Source: Botryllus schlosseri (Eukaryota). Taken from it: a stretch of 64,000 bases of DNA. The first letter of the stretch is position 1. Each line of letters starts with the position of its first letter. The position numbers and the translations under genes were made by a program. A model generated the notes under the pieces. It made no database searches. It saw nothing but the letters and a program-made list of their open reading frames with translations, and was not told the DNA's origin. Below, piece by piece: positions 1 through 12,500 of this stretch. Where the stretch lies: assembly GCA_051294905.1 (NCBI GenBank), contig CM119372.1, positions 6,388,001 to 6,452,000 on the forward strand, read 5' to 3'.

Positions 1-135
1 CACCACACATTGAAAAACTTCGCTGATTGAGATCGCGATACTTGCGCATTTGTTGATTGACGCTGAGTTGGTATCTTTGAAATAATAGACGACGTCAATG
101 CCAAGTCAAGTTTATTGATAAACTATGATTACAGT

Positions 136-1355
136 CAGGCCCGTAACTGCCGCACCCCAAACCCCCAATTGGGGGGGGCGAGCTCGAAGGGGGGCCAAAA
201 TTATTTCGTGAATTAGCATAATTTATAGAGTATTTTTGGAAAATTTATGCAACTTTCAAGTTGCCAATTATCTCGATTTTCGGGTACTCTTCCCGCAAGA
301 AAAAATACGCAAGATTTATAGAAATGGGCATATCGGCGTTGGCCATTACCGCGCCACGACACACCAAGACATATAAAGTAGGCCATGTAACGTGCGACTC
401 CAAGAAGTGTGCCAGAACGATCGGCAGCGAGAAAACCTTGGCCGAAAAGGACTGCCCTAATGCTGACCGAAAACTTCGTTATATATAAAAAATACTGTCT
501 TGGCAATCTGAACCTCCCAAGACAAATACCATCCCGCAGGGAAAAATTATATGCCAGGGAAGAAATACCAATTTGAAATCGTGTGCGTCTTTTAGTTTCC
601 TAGCCTACGTTATGGCGATTCTATATTTTTTTATATAGCAGACAGGAGATCACGAAATAACATCCTGTTAAGGATTTATACCAACGGGCCCTACAGTTTC
701 CAAGACACCTCACTCAGCTCTACCGATAAATCTGATTACCTGAGCAGAGAGGACAAGAAGTTGATAGCAATATATTTGCAATTCCCGATCTTATTCACCG
801 ATTGTATCATGAATTTTCGAAAATTTTCGCGCTTCGCGCTGGCTCGCTCGGCAGTACCACTCATTTCCTCGCAAAAGCGAACCAGATGATGTGGGGTAGG
901 TTTATCACCCTATGGGAGTCCAAGACCCAAGATTTTTTTGCTGGGCCTGACGAGGTGCTGTTTCGTTCCTGCCAACGGGTATACGCCCTAAGATGTTTAA
1001 TTATAATATTGAGGCGTCCTACCTTTTCAAACACACCTCACTCAGCTCTACCTGTAAATCTGATTACGTCAGCAGAGAGAAGATAAAAATTGATAGCAAC
1101 ATATATGCAATTCCCTATCATATTGACGGATTGAATCATGAATTATAGAAAATTTTCGCGCTTCGCGCGTTTAGGTTAGAAAAGCTGACCCACTAAACGG
1201 CCCTCAATGTAGATGATATTTAAGTAGCGGTAAATAGCGAATAGCCTGAGGGGGGTCTGGGGGCGACGCCCCCATAAGTTCGGTTCATCAACATATGGTG
1301 GGGGGGCAAGACCAACGTTTTGGGGGGGGGCTGGCGAAGTACTGTTACGGCCCTG
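136..1355 (+). mobile_element. Non-autonomous hAT-like TIR element, family A, copy 1
   Basis: Termini CAGGCCCGTAAC...GTTACGGCCCTG; degenerate 8-bp TSD attacagt/tttagagt; homologous copy at 59025-60667, partial copies near 12828 and 56650. Confidence 0.8.
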
Positions 1356-1556
1356 TTTAGAGTAATATCTTTCAACCACCCTTTTGGTTTGCGATATTAT
1401 TGAAAATACTCTTGATATAGGCTACTCATATACGACTATGAAAATGTTGCTACTTTATCGTTCCGAATGACCATGATCAATTTGGAACTACAACATCGAA
1501 AAAATTCGCTGATGCTCAAGTGCTCATCGCCACCCATCGCCGCTTTTTGGTTGAAC

Positions 1557-2048
1557 CATAGTGCCCTATATGATGTGGACACAAGCTAATCTCACGGCCC
1601 AAAATCAGCCTCGAATGTTGCATTGTAACGGAGTTTGGTATTGTAACGCAACTATGCCGTCTGGCCCAGACGGTCTGGGATCAGGTGAGCAGTGGCGCAA
1701 ACCGGCTATCGTTGCGCAACCGATTGAGCATTCACACTCTCACTCTCGTCCGCGCTTGCTCCTGAGCTGCTCAGACGACATGGTTGCGTCACAATACCCA
1801 ACTCCGTTACAATGCAACATTCGAGGCTGATTTTGGGGGGTTCTAGGACCAATAGTAGAATAAAATTTATATTTTCGCAATTGATACCGCGGTAGCTTTC
1901 GATTAATACCCGTTTTATCAAATTTAATGCTCGGCAAGCCGGTCAAAAATTACCGTCAAATTGCCTTTGACCAAATGGAAAGTGTGACGTAGATCAATTT
2001 CACTGAGCCGTGAGATTTACTTGTGTCCACACCATATAGGACACAATG
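1557..2048. mobile_element. MITE family B with CATAGTG termini (P-element-like), copy 1
   Basis: TIR catagtgccctatatgatgtggacac / gtgtccacaccatataggacacaatg; internal inverted repeat about 1601-1655 vs 1780-1834; related copies at 20334-23315 and 40370-40782. Confidence 0.65.
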
Positions 2049-2406
2049 ATTCAAACAGAAAGCGGTGAGTGGTGGCGATGAGCACTTGAGCATCAGCGAA
2101 GTTTTCGATGTTATGGTTTCAAATTGATCATGGTAATTGGGAGTGATAAAGTAGCAACATTTTCACAGTCATATGTGAGTAGCCTATATCATAAATATTT
2201 TCAATAATATCACGAACCGAAAAGGGTGGTTGAAAGATATTACTGGAAGCATAGTTTATCCATAAACTTGACTGGCATTGACGTCGGCTATTATTTCAAA
2301 GAAACCAATTCAAGTATCGCAATCGCAATCAGCGAAGTTTTTCTATGTGTTTTGGTTTTCATAATTCTTCTTAGTCAAAGTTGCAAATTGTGCACAATTT
2401 CTGAAG

Positions 2407-2524
2407 TTTCATTAGCTTCATTTTTCATTAGCTTCTCATTAGCTTCATTAGCTTTTCATTAGCTTAATTAGCTTTTCATTAGCTTCCTTGTTTAATTAGC
2501 TTCATTAGCTTTTCATTAGCTTCA
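2407..2524. repeat. Degenerate (TTCATTAGC)n tandem repeat
   Basis: Directly visible 9-11-bp units. Confidence 0.85.
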
Positions 2525-2612
2525 ATGTACAAAATAAAGAATCGGCACTCATATTCTCAAAACAGCTCAGTACGCCTAGTCTGCACGATAGTCTAATGGC
2601 GAGCGACGTGAA

Positions 2613-4527
2613 ATGATAGCTAAGCAACCCGGGTTCTTCGATGAAACAGTAAATACGGTAGACCTGAAAAGAACTCGGAATGACGACATGAAGAGGAATG
2701 AAACAAGGCAGACGAGCCAGGCAATTATCAAAACATACTCCTCAACTGGCGCCGCATTCGAAAATGCAGACACAACGCAGGAAGAAACCGAGCCAACGCA
2801 AGCCGTGTTGGAAAACTACAATACTGACAAACAAAGAGAAACACAGACGGCCCAAATGGTAGCCATCAAAAAACAATCGGATACGAAACCTCATAAACAG
2901 ACAAACAGCTGTCAGGAGACAGTACACATCGACGAAGCGATAGAGTGACTACCAGAGGAAATGCAAGCAGCCGGGCGAAAAAGCGTTGATTAACGTGAAT
3001 GGATTATCAAATAGTATACAAGATCTGGAACAATATATACAGACCTGCAAATGGCTATCGACGCTACACCCGATGAAATGATGCGCAACGTATACGATGG
3101 ACTGCAGAGGCGGTCAGTAACGAAGTACTTCTACTTTTTCGAAGTACTCGAGTAGTTTTCCTCTACTTCTGGTACTTACTCAAGTAGATCTGATTTTCGC
3201 TACTTCTACTTCTACTTCTTAATATTTTGTGATCTACTTACTTACTTTTCGCTATTTTCAGTTTGTCAAGTAGAAGTAGTTTAATCCTCCAATCAGGAAG
3301 ATAGCCTGAGGAATTTCAAAGCTGTTTTCACGGAGTATTAACATTTAATTTTCATAAAAGTTTAGTGAAGCACAGAATTATCGTCGCGCTTCGCGCGCAG
3401 TGGATACGGAGTGACCAGTATGATTTCACGAAAGTATCGGTGAACATAATTTAGGTGGAGGGTTGGCGTGGTTCCGTTCACACCACATTGTCACCCATGA
3501 AATAATTCATCACAGTATATATGGCTCATCATAACGTTTGAAACTGATGTTTCGCAATCTAGCATATGTATGTCCATGGCGTGTCCTAATCTGGAAGAGT
3601 GTTTTAGCATACCACCTTTGAAACTTTCTGGACTAAAGACACGAAATACATATTCTGCTTTCAGAAGTAGTATTTATATTTCACTTTCAATTCTCAGTAT
3701 CATATACTTTGAGTTATAATTAATATCAGTTCTTTTGTCCGAATAACATACATGTTGAAGTATAAAAGCAAGTGCAGTAATGCCTTTAATTTCTGGAAAT
3801 AAAGCTACACAATATGATAATTTTACGGTCCACCATATTTTTTATTAACGTTTACTAATCGCGCAAAGTGTTTACCCCGTATCCTATACAACTTCTCCAT
3901 ATTGCTCTTCGACTAAACTACGGGCCTTATAGGGGGGGTGGCGCCATACCATGCTTTTTTCCAAAACGCGTTGTTCGAGAAAACAGAGGATTAGTATCGC
4001 ATTTCCTTATCAATACTATCATTTTCACCCCATGATGTGGACGAATGCTTATGCTATCGAAAATTGGATACCTGCTGGTATGCATCAATATGAATCAAGC
4101 TCGTCACCTATCACATAGCTCAATTTGCACCTTTTTATAATCCATCCAATCAGGATCGGTTTCACAGCTACTTACTTACTTGAGTACTTTTAAAGACAGT
4201 CAATTCTACTTCTACTTCAAGTAGTTTTTGGTTGCTCATGAAAGAAGTACTTCTACTTGTACTTGAGTAGATTTTTTCGTCGCTACTTCTACTTCTACTT
4301 GAGTAGCTTTCTTGACTACTTTGACCACCTCTGATGGACTGCAAGCTCCGACAATAATAAAAGCTTTTACGAACGTCAAAACCCTAGTGTGGGAATGGAA
4401 AAATGCACTCGACATCGATAACGAATACGCCCACAACACTAACCAACGCTACAACGATATAAGAAGTAAAATCTACCGCAAATCCAAGCGGGCCCAATCA
4501 ACTAAAGTCTCCGATAGTGCGCGATAA
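2613..4527 (+). pseudogene. Decayed A-rich ORF of unknown (possibly mobile-element or viral) origin, split by MITE D1
   Basis: Frame from 2613 runs through 3 stops to ...MMRNVYDGL (3104) and resumes in frame after the TSD at 4342 (QAPTIIKAFTNVKTLVWEWKN...) to a stop at 4527. Confidence 0.4.
3105..4333 (+). mobile_element. hAT-type MITE family D (CTACTT/AGTAG subterminal repeats), copy 1
   Basis: TIR CAGAGG(C/T)GGTCA...TGACCACCTCTG; perfect 8-bp TSD atggactg. Confidence 0.92.
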
Positions 4528-4984
4528 ATTGTATTTATCGACCCACAAAACCCAACAACCATTTCACACACAATCTATCCCAAGCATCCTAACCTCCCAT
4601 CCCATCCCATCCTCCCAACCCTACCCCAACCCATATCACTCCCACACCAATACCCCTCCCCTCCCAAATTATCCATCAACCACCATAAAAGATAAAATTA
4701 CGACTACAAATACTTAATATGAACAATACACGCATAGTCGCATACGAACGCCAATTAGAGGCGGCTTCTACTACGACTTCAACTACAAATTCGCCTTCGA
4801 CAACGACTGCAATGAGATGACCCGATGATGGGGACGAACCAAACCGAAAGAACTGCATTTATGAAATGATTGCTATTTATGTATACATAATTGACTAAAA
4901 ATCACAAAAACGGTTCGATTCTAGCCAAGCTCACTTTTAATACATGATGAAGTGGCATTGGGCTTCATATAGATGTATCAATTA

Positions 4985-5267
4985 GGTAGGAGGACACTTT
5001 TTCAAAATTTTCAAACTTAGAATACCGGAGGAAAATCTTGGTCAAAAGGTCAGCTTTCCGGCTGAGCTTCCGAAATAGCCGCCGGAGCGTTACTTGAGTG
5101 CTGATTTACTGTATCTCAGTCGAATCTTGCCCTATATTTAAACAAAATTGTCAAAAAAAGAGGTCAAAATCTCAAAAAGGATGACATTTAGGCGTCCTCG
5201 GAGGACATTTTCAAAAACCTGAGAAAGGAAGACAAATCCTCCAAAAGGAGGACGTATGGTAACCCAA
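4985..5267. mobile_element. MITE family G (TAGGGTTACC termini, GAGGAC motifs), truncated copy
   Basis: Ends ggacgtatggtaacccaa; similar to copies at 17544, 24363, 51077 and 59287. Confidence 0.7.
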
Positions 5268-5759
5268 TTAGGACAACAGCTCTTACCCTACTACTTATAT
5301 CGTACCATTTCAAATAGTGAATAAGGTCGTGATCTCATCTGTAACTAATGACGTAATAATGTAAGCTGCGACTGCTGGGGCTGTATTATTAGAGGCAATT
5401 ATAGCTGAAGTCGCTCTTCTAACTGTAGCATAGATTACGCTATCGATTGTGCATGTAAATGTATATGCCAATTCCCTATCAAGCGTATGTTCTACTTAGC
5501 TTACTTATCGCACCGTCTCTGTTTCGTTTGAATATTCATTCTGTGATGTGTTCAGGTCTCTTGATATATGCTCGAGTTTAGACTGTTATTGTTTTGAATC
5601 GGTATTTGTCAGGACTCCTGATTTAGGACAATCCCACTTCACTCACCGCGAACGGTTTGAACAGAAGCAAGAACAAGGAAGGGGAAATGAAACGGCGAAT
5701 ACTGGGTTTATATCTATGCGTGGAACAATGAAATTGCTTTCCCAGATATAAATGGAAAA

Positions 5760-6816
5760 CCAACCAGTCATATTTGTCGAAGAACAATTGTCGTGACGAA
5801 GCGTAGAAGCTTAAAATGATACCACAAAAGTTTTTTCTGGAGTTGCATATCGCCTGCTCTTAGAAAAAAAAACGTTGCTAGCTCAGTGCCAAGCCCAGCG
5901 ATCCATATCTCGAGGCATTGTTAAAATTGCCAACGACATTAGAGGCGCATTGGAATATCGCTAAACCCAAGAAATCTGCTAGAGAAGGTGTGATTTCAAT
6001 AAAAATTTAACATACTGTGCGAATATTCGCTGTTTCCGGAACTTGGCAGCAACGACAACATCACCTGACAAATTTCGAAGCTACAGTTATCTGATTCAAA
6101 CGTGACCAGAAGAGTAGCAGCAATGTCAGTTGATCTTTTATCGCATGTTCCGAAACACGTTGCCGCGTAGACTACTTTAGCCTAGCATTGGACGAATCCA
6201 CCGACCCCACAGACATTACATAGCTAATTTTCCGGGTGTATTTTTTCGGAGTGGACATATTTGCAGAAAAAAGGCTGACAAGGCAAACGTGGGGAGGGGA
6301 CCAGTGTAAAACATCGACTTGACAAAGCTGACTTCTGTAACTATTGGTGCAGGGCTACAGCCATGGACGGAAAGGAAAAGGGTTAATTGACTTGATCAGA
6401 AATGACCCCGAAACGACAGACTTCTTCTCTCCTCAAAGTGATGACGGCCTCTGTCACGAAAAAGTTACCATATTAAAACGTTACTCGCTCACGCATTGAA
6501 ACAAAGAGTTCCGTTCTCTGGTGGAAGGGTTTGAAGGTGCATATACCGATTCGGCAATGGATGCAATGCACGCTCCATGAAGGAATTTACTTGCGTCGCA
6601 GGAAGATACATATTCTCACAAAAACAGGAATTGAAAACTTACGAATGATGTCCATTAATGCTATAGAATGCATACAAATGAACTAAACGCCCGTATACGG
6701 CTGGTAAATATGGGCTACAGTAGCCCCAAAATACATGGTAATAATGTCCTGCGGCCCGCGGCGTCTTTTGCTGTATAAATGCGGCCCGTTATATATGGGA
6801 ATGTTGAGAACCCCTG
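5760..6816 (+). pseudogene. Decayed hAT (Charlie/SPIN/GTF2IRD2-like) transposase with right terminus
   Basis: From 6176 encodes FSLALDESTDPTDIT*LI (canonical first catalytic Asp motif); later LTSVT..G..AM.GKEKG-like segment; ends gcggcccg...gttgagaacccctg. Confidence 0.8.
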
Positions 6817-8408
6817 TGCTATTGGATAATGCAAAAGAGTAACATAAAATACGTTGGCAGGCCGAGTCAGAATGTTAAACTATATTTCCAGGGGGTTTAT
6901 TTTATTTCTAAATGAAAAGCCGTGAATTACATTGTTAATAAATGCTGCTCAGAGGATGCGTTGATATTGGATAGAGAGAAAATGACGGTTAATTAACAAA
7001 AAAAAATATTCTATTTAGTTTGCGTCATAATTTGAGACAATGTTAACCATGATACACTTTGAATTCTCTTTAATCCACGTTTTTATATTTAGACATTTAA
7101 GGTATTTGTGATACTACAAAGCTTATTGTCTTGATCGCTGCCTTCCGAACAGTTGCGGCTTGGTGAAATCGACGTATACATCGGTTTCGGCCAACATGAG
7201 GCGGTAGTTTTGGTTAAAGTTTCCTCGCTGTCGAGCTTTTTGGCAGCACACTTCGCAGAGTCGCATGTTAGCCGAAACGTCATCGTCAACATGTTGGTGT
7301 GTCGTGACGCGGTAACTGCCGACGCCGAAACGCTGATCTCTATAAATTAAGCGTTTTTTTATCGGGGAAAGGATTACCCATGTTAATATCAAGACTTCTA
7401 GTCACGACAAATCGCGCGAAGCGCAAAGAAAACTAGAATGAAGTTTTATAAAAACCTGAAAATACTCTATAATTCATGATAATTTGCCAGTGGCGGCTCG
7501 TCTTATAGGGCAACTGGGGCATTGCCCCACCTATAATTCTGTTCAATAACAATTTAACCATTTATAGACGCACAGCAATCAATATATACCGAGATCACAG
7601 CGAAACCCGCGTTTTTCTTGTGCTTTCGCTTGCAAATGCCCATACATAGCGAGGTCTCTGCGAAAATCGAATTCTCTTCTGTGTTTTCGCTTTGTGAATG
7701 CCTAGCCGGGGCTTGCCCCGCTAGCGCTCATAACAAGCTTTCACTATCTATTCTCTCAAAGCCGCGCACAATAAAGAAACGGTGATTTACTCTCTCCTAT
7801 TCGTAAAATGGCCGAGCAACCGGGGCAAATATGCCTGGTCGCCCCTAAGGTGTGATGTAACAATCGTATCTATATCTGAACTCGGTTACCGTAATATGCG
7901 TTGAGTCGACCTTTGCTGGTATAGGTCGATTTTGACGGTGTTTCGCACCATGATAATTCTTGAAACTTGGTATGATATGTCGTGAAGGTAGTATTTAACA
8001 CTGCTCCAAGTTTCAGGCTTGCTGCTTAACGATAAGGGTAGTAATTCCGTTCCCGAAGTTCAGTGTGTGCTGATCTATCATGTTCATAGTACAGCAAACA
8101 GATTTTACTCAAAAGCCGGTATTGGTCTCCATTGATTTTGACGATGTTCTATACCGAGATCGGTCATGACATTTGGCACGGTAAGTGTTAGTATCGACCG
8201 CTGTAACAAGTTTTAAGTTTGTCACTGAAGTATGTGGGTGGTAATTTCGTTTCCAAAGTCGAGTACGAGCTGACTCTTGATTTATCGCTAACAAATTTAC
8301 GCAAAAGCCGTTATTGGTCTCTATTGATTTTAACGATGTTCCATACCTAGATCTGTCATGAGCTTTTGCACGGTATGTCTTGATTTTAGTATCGAACGCG
8401 GTGCCAAG

Positions 8409-9397
8409 TAGGGATGGTGTGAACTTGAGGTTCACGTTCGCGTTCTGTGTGTGAACCTCGGAAATTTAGAGGTTCGCGTTCACAACAGAACCTTGGTAGG
8501 TTCTGCACTGTGAACCTTTTTCATATATTACAATTTTCACTTCAATATGATATTTTTGGTTCGAATTTATTGCATTTCAACTGCGGGCCACTCTATGCAT
8601 GACGCTGGCAGCATAAAAAATCAACACGAAACGAGCATGCACCTTGACAATCTAAAAGATTTTACTGGCTTTGTTACAAAAGTTTGCACGAAATATCCAG
8701 CTTCCCGTTTATGAATATTTAGTGACTCTCTGCTGTGAGCTTGACCCGCAATCACACAACATCACGAGCGACATGCAGTACCTGTAGGCCTAGTCAGCGA
8801 ATGATGCTTATTCAACCAATCAATGAGATTGATATCGCTTTCTGATGTGATAAATCTAGCAGTCAATCTTGACTTCATATGTTTACTGTATCATTAAAAC
8901 AAAATCCGTGCGATTGAGGTGTTGGCTACAGTTGTATCACTTGTGGGGTAGCCTAATATCGGTGCCAAATATGGAAACATGTTTTACGCTCTGCCCAATG
9001 TAGCAATAGTCAGCCGCCGAATACATTGTCCGGTCTGGTGAAGACCGTTAAGGCGTAAGCTTATATTCACTGGCAACTCCTCGTCGAAATTGTCGGCAAA
9101 GTCACGGATGATATTGATTTTATGGGAGTATCATATCATTTGACTGCCTCAGTTGATACATATAGCGAGGTTTCAAACGCCAATATGTGTTTAAGCATTG
9201 TGTCATTATGTGGCCCGAGTCGTCGCTAGGTATCGTGCACACTAATATAGGCTATCACTTAATTGAAATGTAGGGTTGGAATTAGCAATATGACGTCACG
9301 TGACGTCATGAGGTTCACGTTCGCATTCACACAGAACCTTTTAAAAAGGTTCGCGTTCACACGAACCTGAACCTTTCAGAGGTTCACACCATCCCTA
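8409..9397 (+). mobile_element. hAT-type MITE family C (Ac-like TAGGGATG termini, GTTCAC repeats), copy 1
   Basis: TIR TAGGGATGGTGTGAAC; perfect TSD gtgccaag. Confidence 0.92.
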
Positions 9398-9681
9398 GTG
9401 CCAAGTCTTAAAGTTGACACTCAATGATTGAGGCAGTTATTTCGTTTTCGAGGTCGAGTATGGTAGAGATGCGCGCTGATCTGATACTTAGCCTACCTAC
9501 ATCATTGCGGATCTCACGCAAAAACCGGTGTCGGTCTGTGCTAATCTATAGTCTGCGTTCCATAACGAGATCGGTGATGATATTTCCAATGGTATATCTC
9601 GATGATCGCATGAAACAGCTAACCAAGATTCTCGGTTTGCATTCAAATATTCACATAATTTTATGTTCGCCAATGTCCATT

Positions 9682-9711
9682 CGGGGCCTACGATAAATAT
9701 CGTAGGCCCCG
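9682..9711. mobile_element. 30-bp palindromic micro-insertion
   Basis: cggggcctacgata-aa-tatcgtaggccccg flanked by direct repeat gtccatt. Confidence 0.7.
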
Positions 9712-9909
9712 GTCCATTTCACTGTGAAATTGTGGCCTTCAAACCATTTGCTTACAATCCCCTGTCAAATGCGATAGCTATTTCATTTTCGATGTCGGCT
9801 AACAGCTGATCATTCGATCAGCCTATTCCTTGATCTCTTTTACTCAAAGTTCGGTGTTCGTCTGTTTGTATTGATTTTGACAGTGTACCATACCGGAATG
9901 GGTTATGAG

Positions 9910-10788
9910 CAGGGCAATTGTTTTTGACATGTCAAAAAAAGTCAAAATTAGGTCAAAATTGTAGCGTTAGGTCAAAATTTGTCAAAATTGTTTACAAAGT
10001 CAAACATTTTTTGACCTCTGCATTTCGTTTGTATCGTAGATTTTGCGCTGTCGGTGAACTTATCATTTGATATTTTACAGCTTGTAGCCTACTTTATAGG
10101 CCTACCGTTGTAAACGGACCATCGTCTGCTCATTGTGAATCATAAATGGTCAAATGAAACAAATAGTGACATGGTTTTATGGTCAACGTACCGCAATATC
10201 CTAGCTGAAGCAAGACTGCTTGGAGATTGCATGGTTCTTATATCAAGAAGCGCAAGCTGAAAAATTGTGATATAGACAACATTGTCAGAATGAAGCAACA
10301 CGGTTTGTCACCAGCAGTGTGCACACAACTTGAGTGTTGTCAGCCAACAAATGCTGCTGTTGAACGTTCTTTCTCCGTTCTTAGCAAGCTACGTAGTAAG
10401 GACAGACACTTTCTACCCGAGAATGTAGGAAAGGATCTTTCGTTGTACTACAACAAATTTTAATTATTTCCACCAGAATACGTAATGTAACTACTGGAAT
10501 TCTTCATAGGGTCAGATTTCGTTGAAATACTAGTTTTTCATGAAAAAAGATGTCAGTTTTTGAGCCAAAAACGTTTTTTCAGGCCAATCTACTTCGTAAG
10601 GACAGACAGTTCCAACCAGAAATGAAGATAAGTAGTACAATTTTAACATTATATGCGAAAACACCTAATTTGCATACGTGAGGTCAAAATTTGGTCAAAT
10701 TTCAGTTTTTTTAGGTCAAAAAAGGTCAAAATTTAGATTTTTTAGGTCAAAATCTTCCGTTTTTTTAAGTAAAAAAAAATTTGCCCTA
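9910..10788 (+). mobile_element. hAT deletion derivative family I retaining the transposase C-terminal domain, copy 1
   Basis: Termini CAGGGCAA...TTGCCCTA, perfect TSD gttatgag; ORF 10227-10463 has CQPTNAAVERSFSVLSKL (hAT dimerisation-type motif); GTCAAA subterminal repeats. Confidence 0.88.
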
Positions 10789-11320
10789 GTTATGAGATTG
10801 CGTATGCTACTTCTCGATGATTTCTTGTAACAGTATACTAAGTTTACGGCTTTTATTCATGTATTTATTGATTGATATATTTTCCAACGGCGATTTCGCA
10901 GCAGACTTATAGACAGTAAGCCGTATGTGTTGTGTCACAGTCTCCAGTTTCAAGGCCAAAATGTCCTATGTTGTTCCGAGACCGAAGTTCCGAGGCTGCT
11001 GTCCTTAGTTCTTCAAAGACCATTCAAATTGATGTTCTGGATTCAATATGACAGGCCCAATCTATGAGATAACAATTGCGTATGTGTCCGAACTCGTTGA
11101 CCTTTCCAGTTAGGCTTACGCAATCTCTCGAGTTCTAGTCATTGGAATTAGTCAGGTCAAGTCAAGTGCGAACATGAATCGTATTGAATCTTTGCTCCGT
11201 ACGTAGTTTATGCAGTTGCCTTTGGAGCGAAAATGAGAGGTCTAGAAGTTGTCCAGTCTATTGATCCGATCGTACGCCGGGTGCCTCCGCTTTGGTTGCC
11301 TATTATCACCTGGTCGTAAC

Positions 11321-11596
11321 CAGAGATGGCCACAGTCCGGTTCAGGAGCCGGAGCAGGATTTCAATGTTTTTTTACCTGGCCGGACTGGATCCGGATTTT
11401 GAATTTGGGGTGATGGTCGGATTTTAGCCGGATTTTTTTTTGCTGTGATATGATTAAATAGCATTGTTCTGGCAGGATTTTTTCGGATTCCGAACTGGAC
11501 ATTCACCAGCCGGATTTCTTTGGACTCTGAATTTCCAATTGCCAGCCGGATCCGGATAGATTTGGATCCCGAAATTTTGGAGTCCGCCCATCTCTG
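11321..11596. mobile_element. hAT-type MITE with CCGGA repeats
   Basis: TIR CAGAGATGG...CCATCTCTG; perfect TSD gtcgtaac. Confidence 0.9.
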
Positions 11597-12500
11597 GTCG
11601 TAACCACCAGCTCAGTGGTCGTAATACACCAGGATCGTGTACGAAACACTTTCGGACGGGTTTAGAAAAATTAGGGTCTATCGATTTGCGTAATCTCTAA
11701 CTCTACCATGAAATCATAACGCATGCTACTAAGGATGACCTGATACTTGATTCGTGGCATAGGGACGATTCTTAGTTCACGTACATTTTGTAAAATAATC
11801 CTTTGATTAAAAATAAATGAATAAAACATTTGTTACCACACTTCAAGTCACGGCTCACCGGCAAACCTCTCGCGGCACCTACGTTAAAATCACTGTTGTC
11901 GGGAAATTCATGTGACCATCATAAAGTTACTTTTTTTTTTAAGCTTTCGGCTTCCCGTTTTTGACATGCCCGTTCATCCCTTTTGGATGATGATGTCTCA
12001 TAGTAAAAACGAGCACTGATTGTCTTGTTTTACGAAATAGGTATTTGGAAACGTAGCCTATCACGAAACAATTTGAAGCACAGACCGTGTATAATGTGTA
12101 ATGTGACAATGGCAACAAGGAAAGTTTGAACAAAACTAAGGGCGAGCAACTTATCCGGTCGGCGGGCCGGATATGGGAAGATGAAGCACTTGTCGGGTCG
12201 GACTACAGAATAGATACATTAATCGCGTATTTATCCACCTATATAATGAATAAATCGGATTTGATGTGAACATTAAGTTTAAAGTATAGACACCAAAACA
12301 GTAGCCTATTTAATGAATTTATGAACAGTAGATGTTGAAGTCAATCGGACTTCTGTGGCCGATCAGACTTGTCAACAAGCTCTTTGGACGTTGGCTGCAT
12401 GTTGTATGTAGAAATCATTAGTAAAGACTGCATAGTAGGCATAGTTGAAATATATACGGGAATCGACCAAACGTACCTGGAAAACCTCCATTCATTAGAC

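Larger units (their letters stand above)
1..2355. repeat. Long imperfect inverted repeat (left arm 1-135 + 1364-1556, right arm 2049-2355) around a central MITE
   Basis: Arms read as reverse complements, e.g. aatatctttcaaccaccctttt vs aaagggtggttgaaagatatt; left arm split by element A. Confidence 0.85.
7880..10900. repeat. Degenerate tandem array of about 180-190-bp units, interrupted by MITEs C1 and I1
   Basis: Recurring attgattttgacgatgtt..atacc.agatc.gtcatga..ccaagttt motifs near 7930, 8130, 8320, 9540 and 9870. Confidence 0.6.

Noticed and set aside
213..2462. Short ORFs here and most other 60-130-aa ORFs in the track
   Set aside because: They lie within non-coding MITE or SINE sequence, mostly use non-ATG starts and show no recognisable domains
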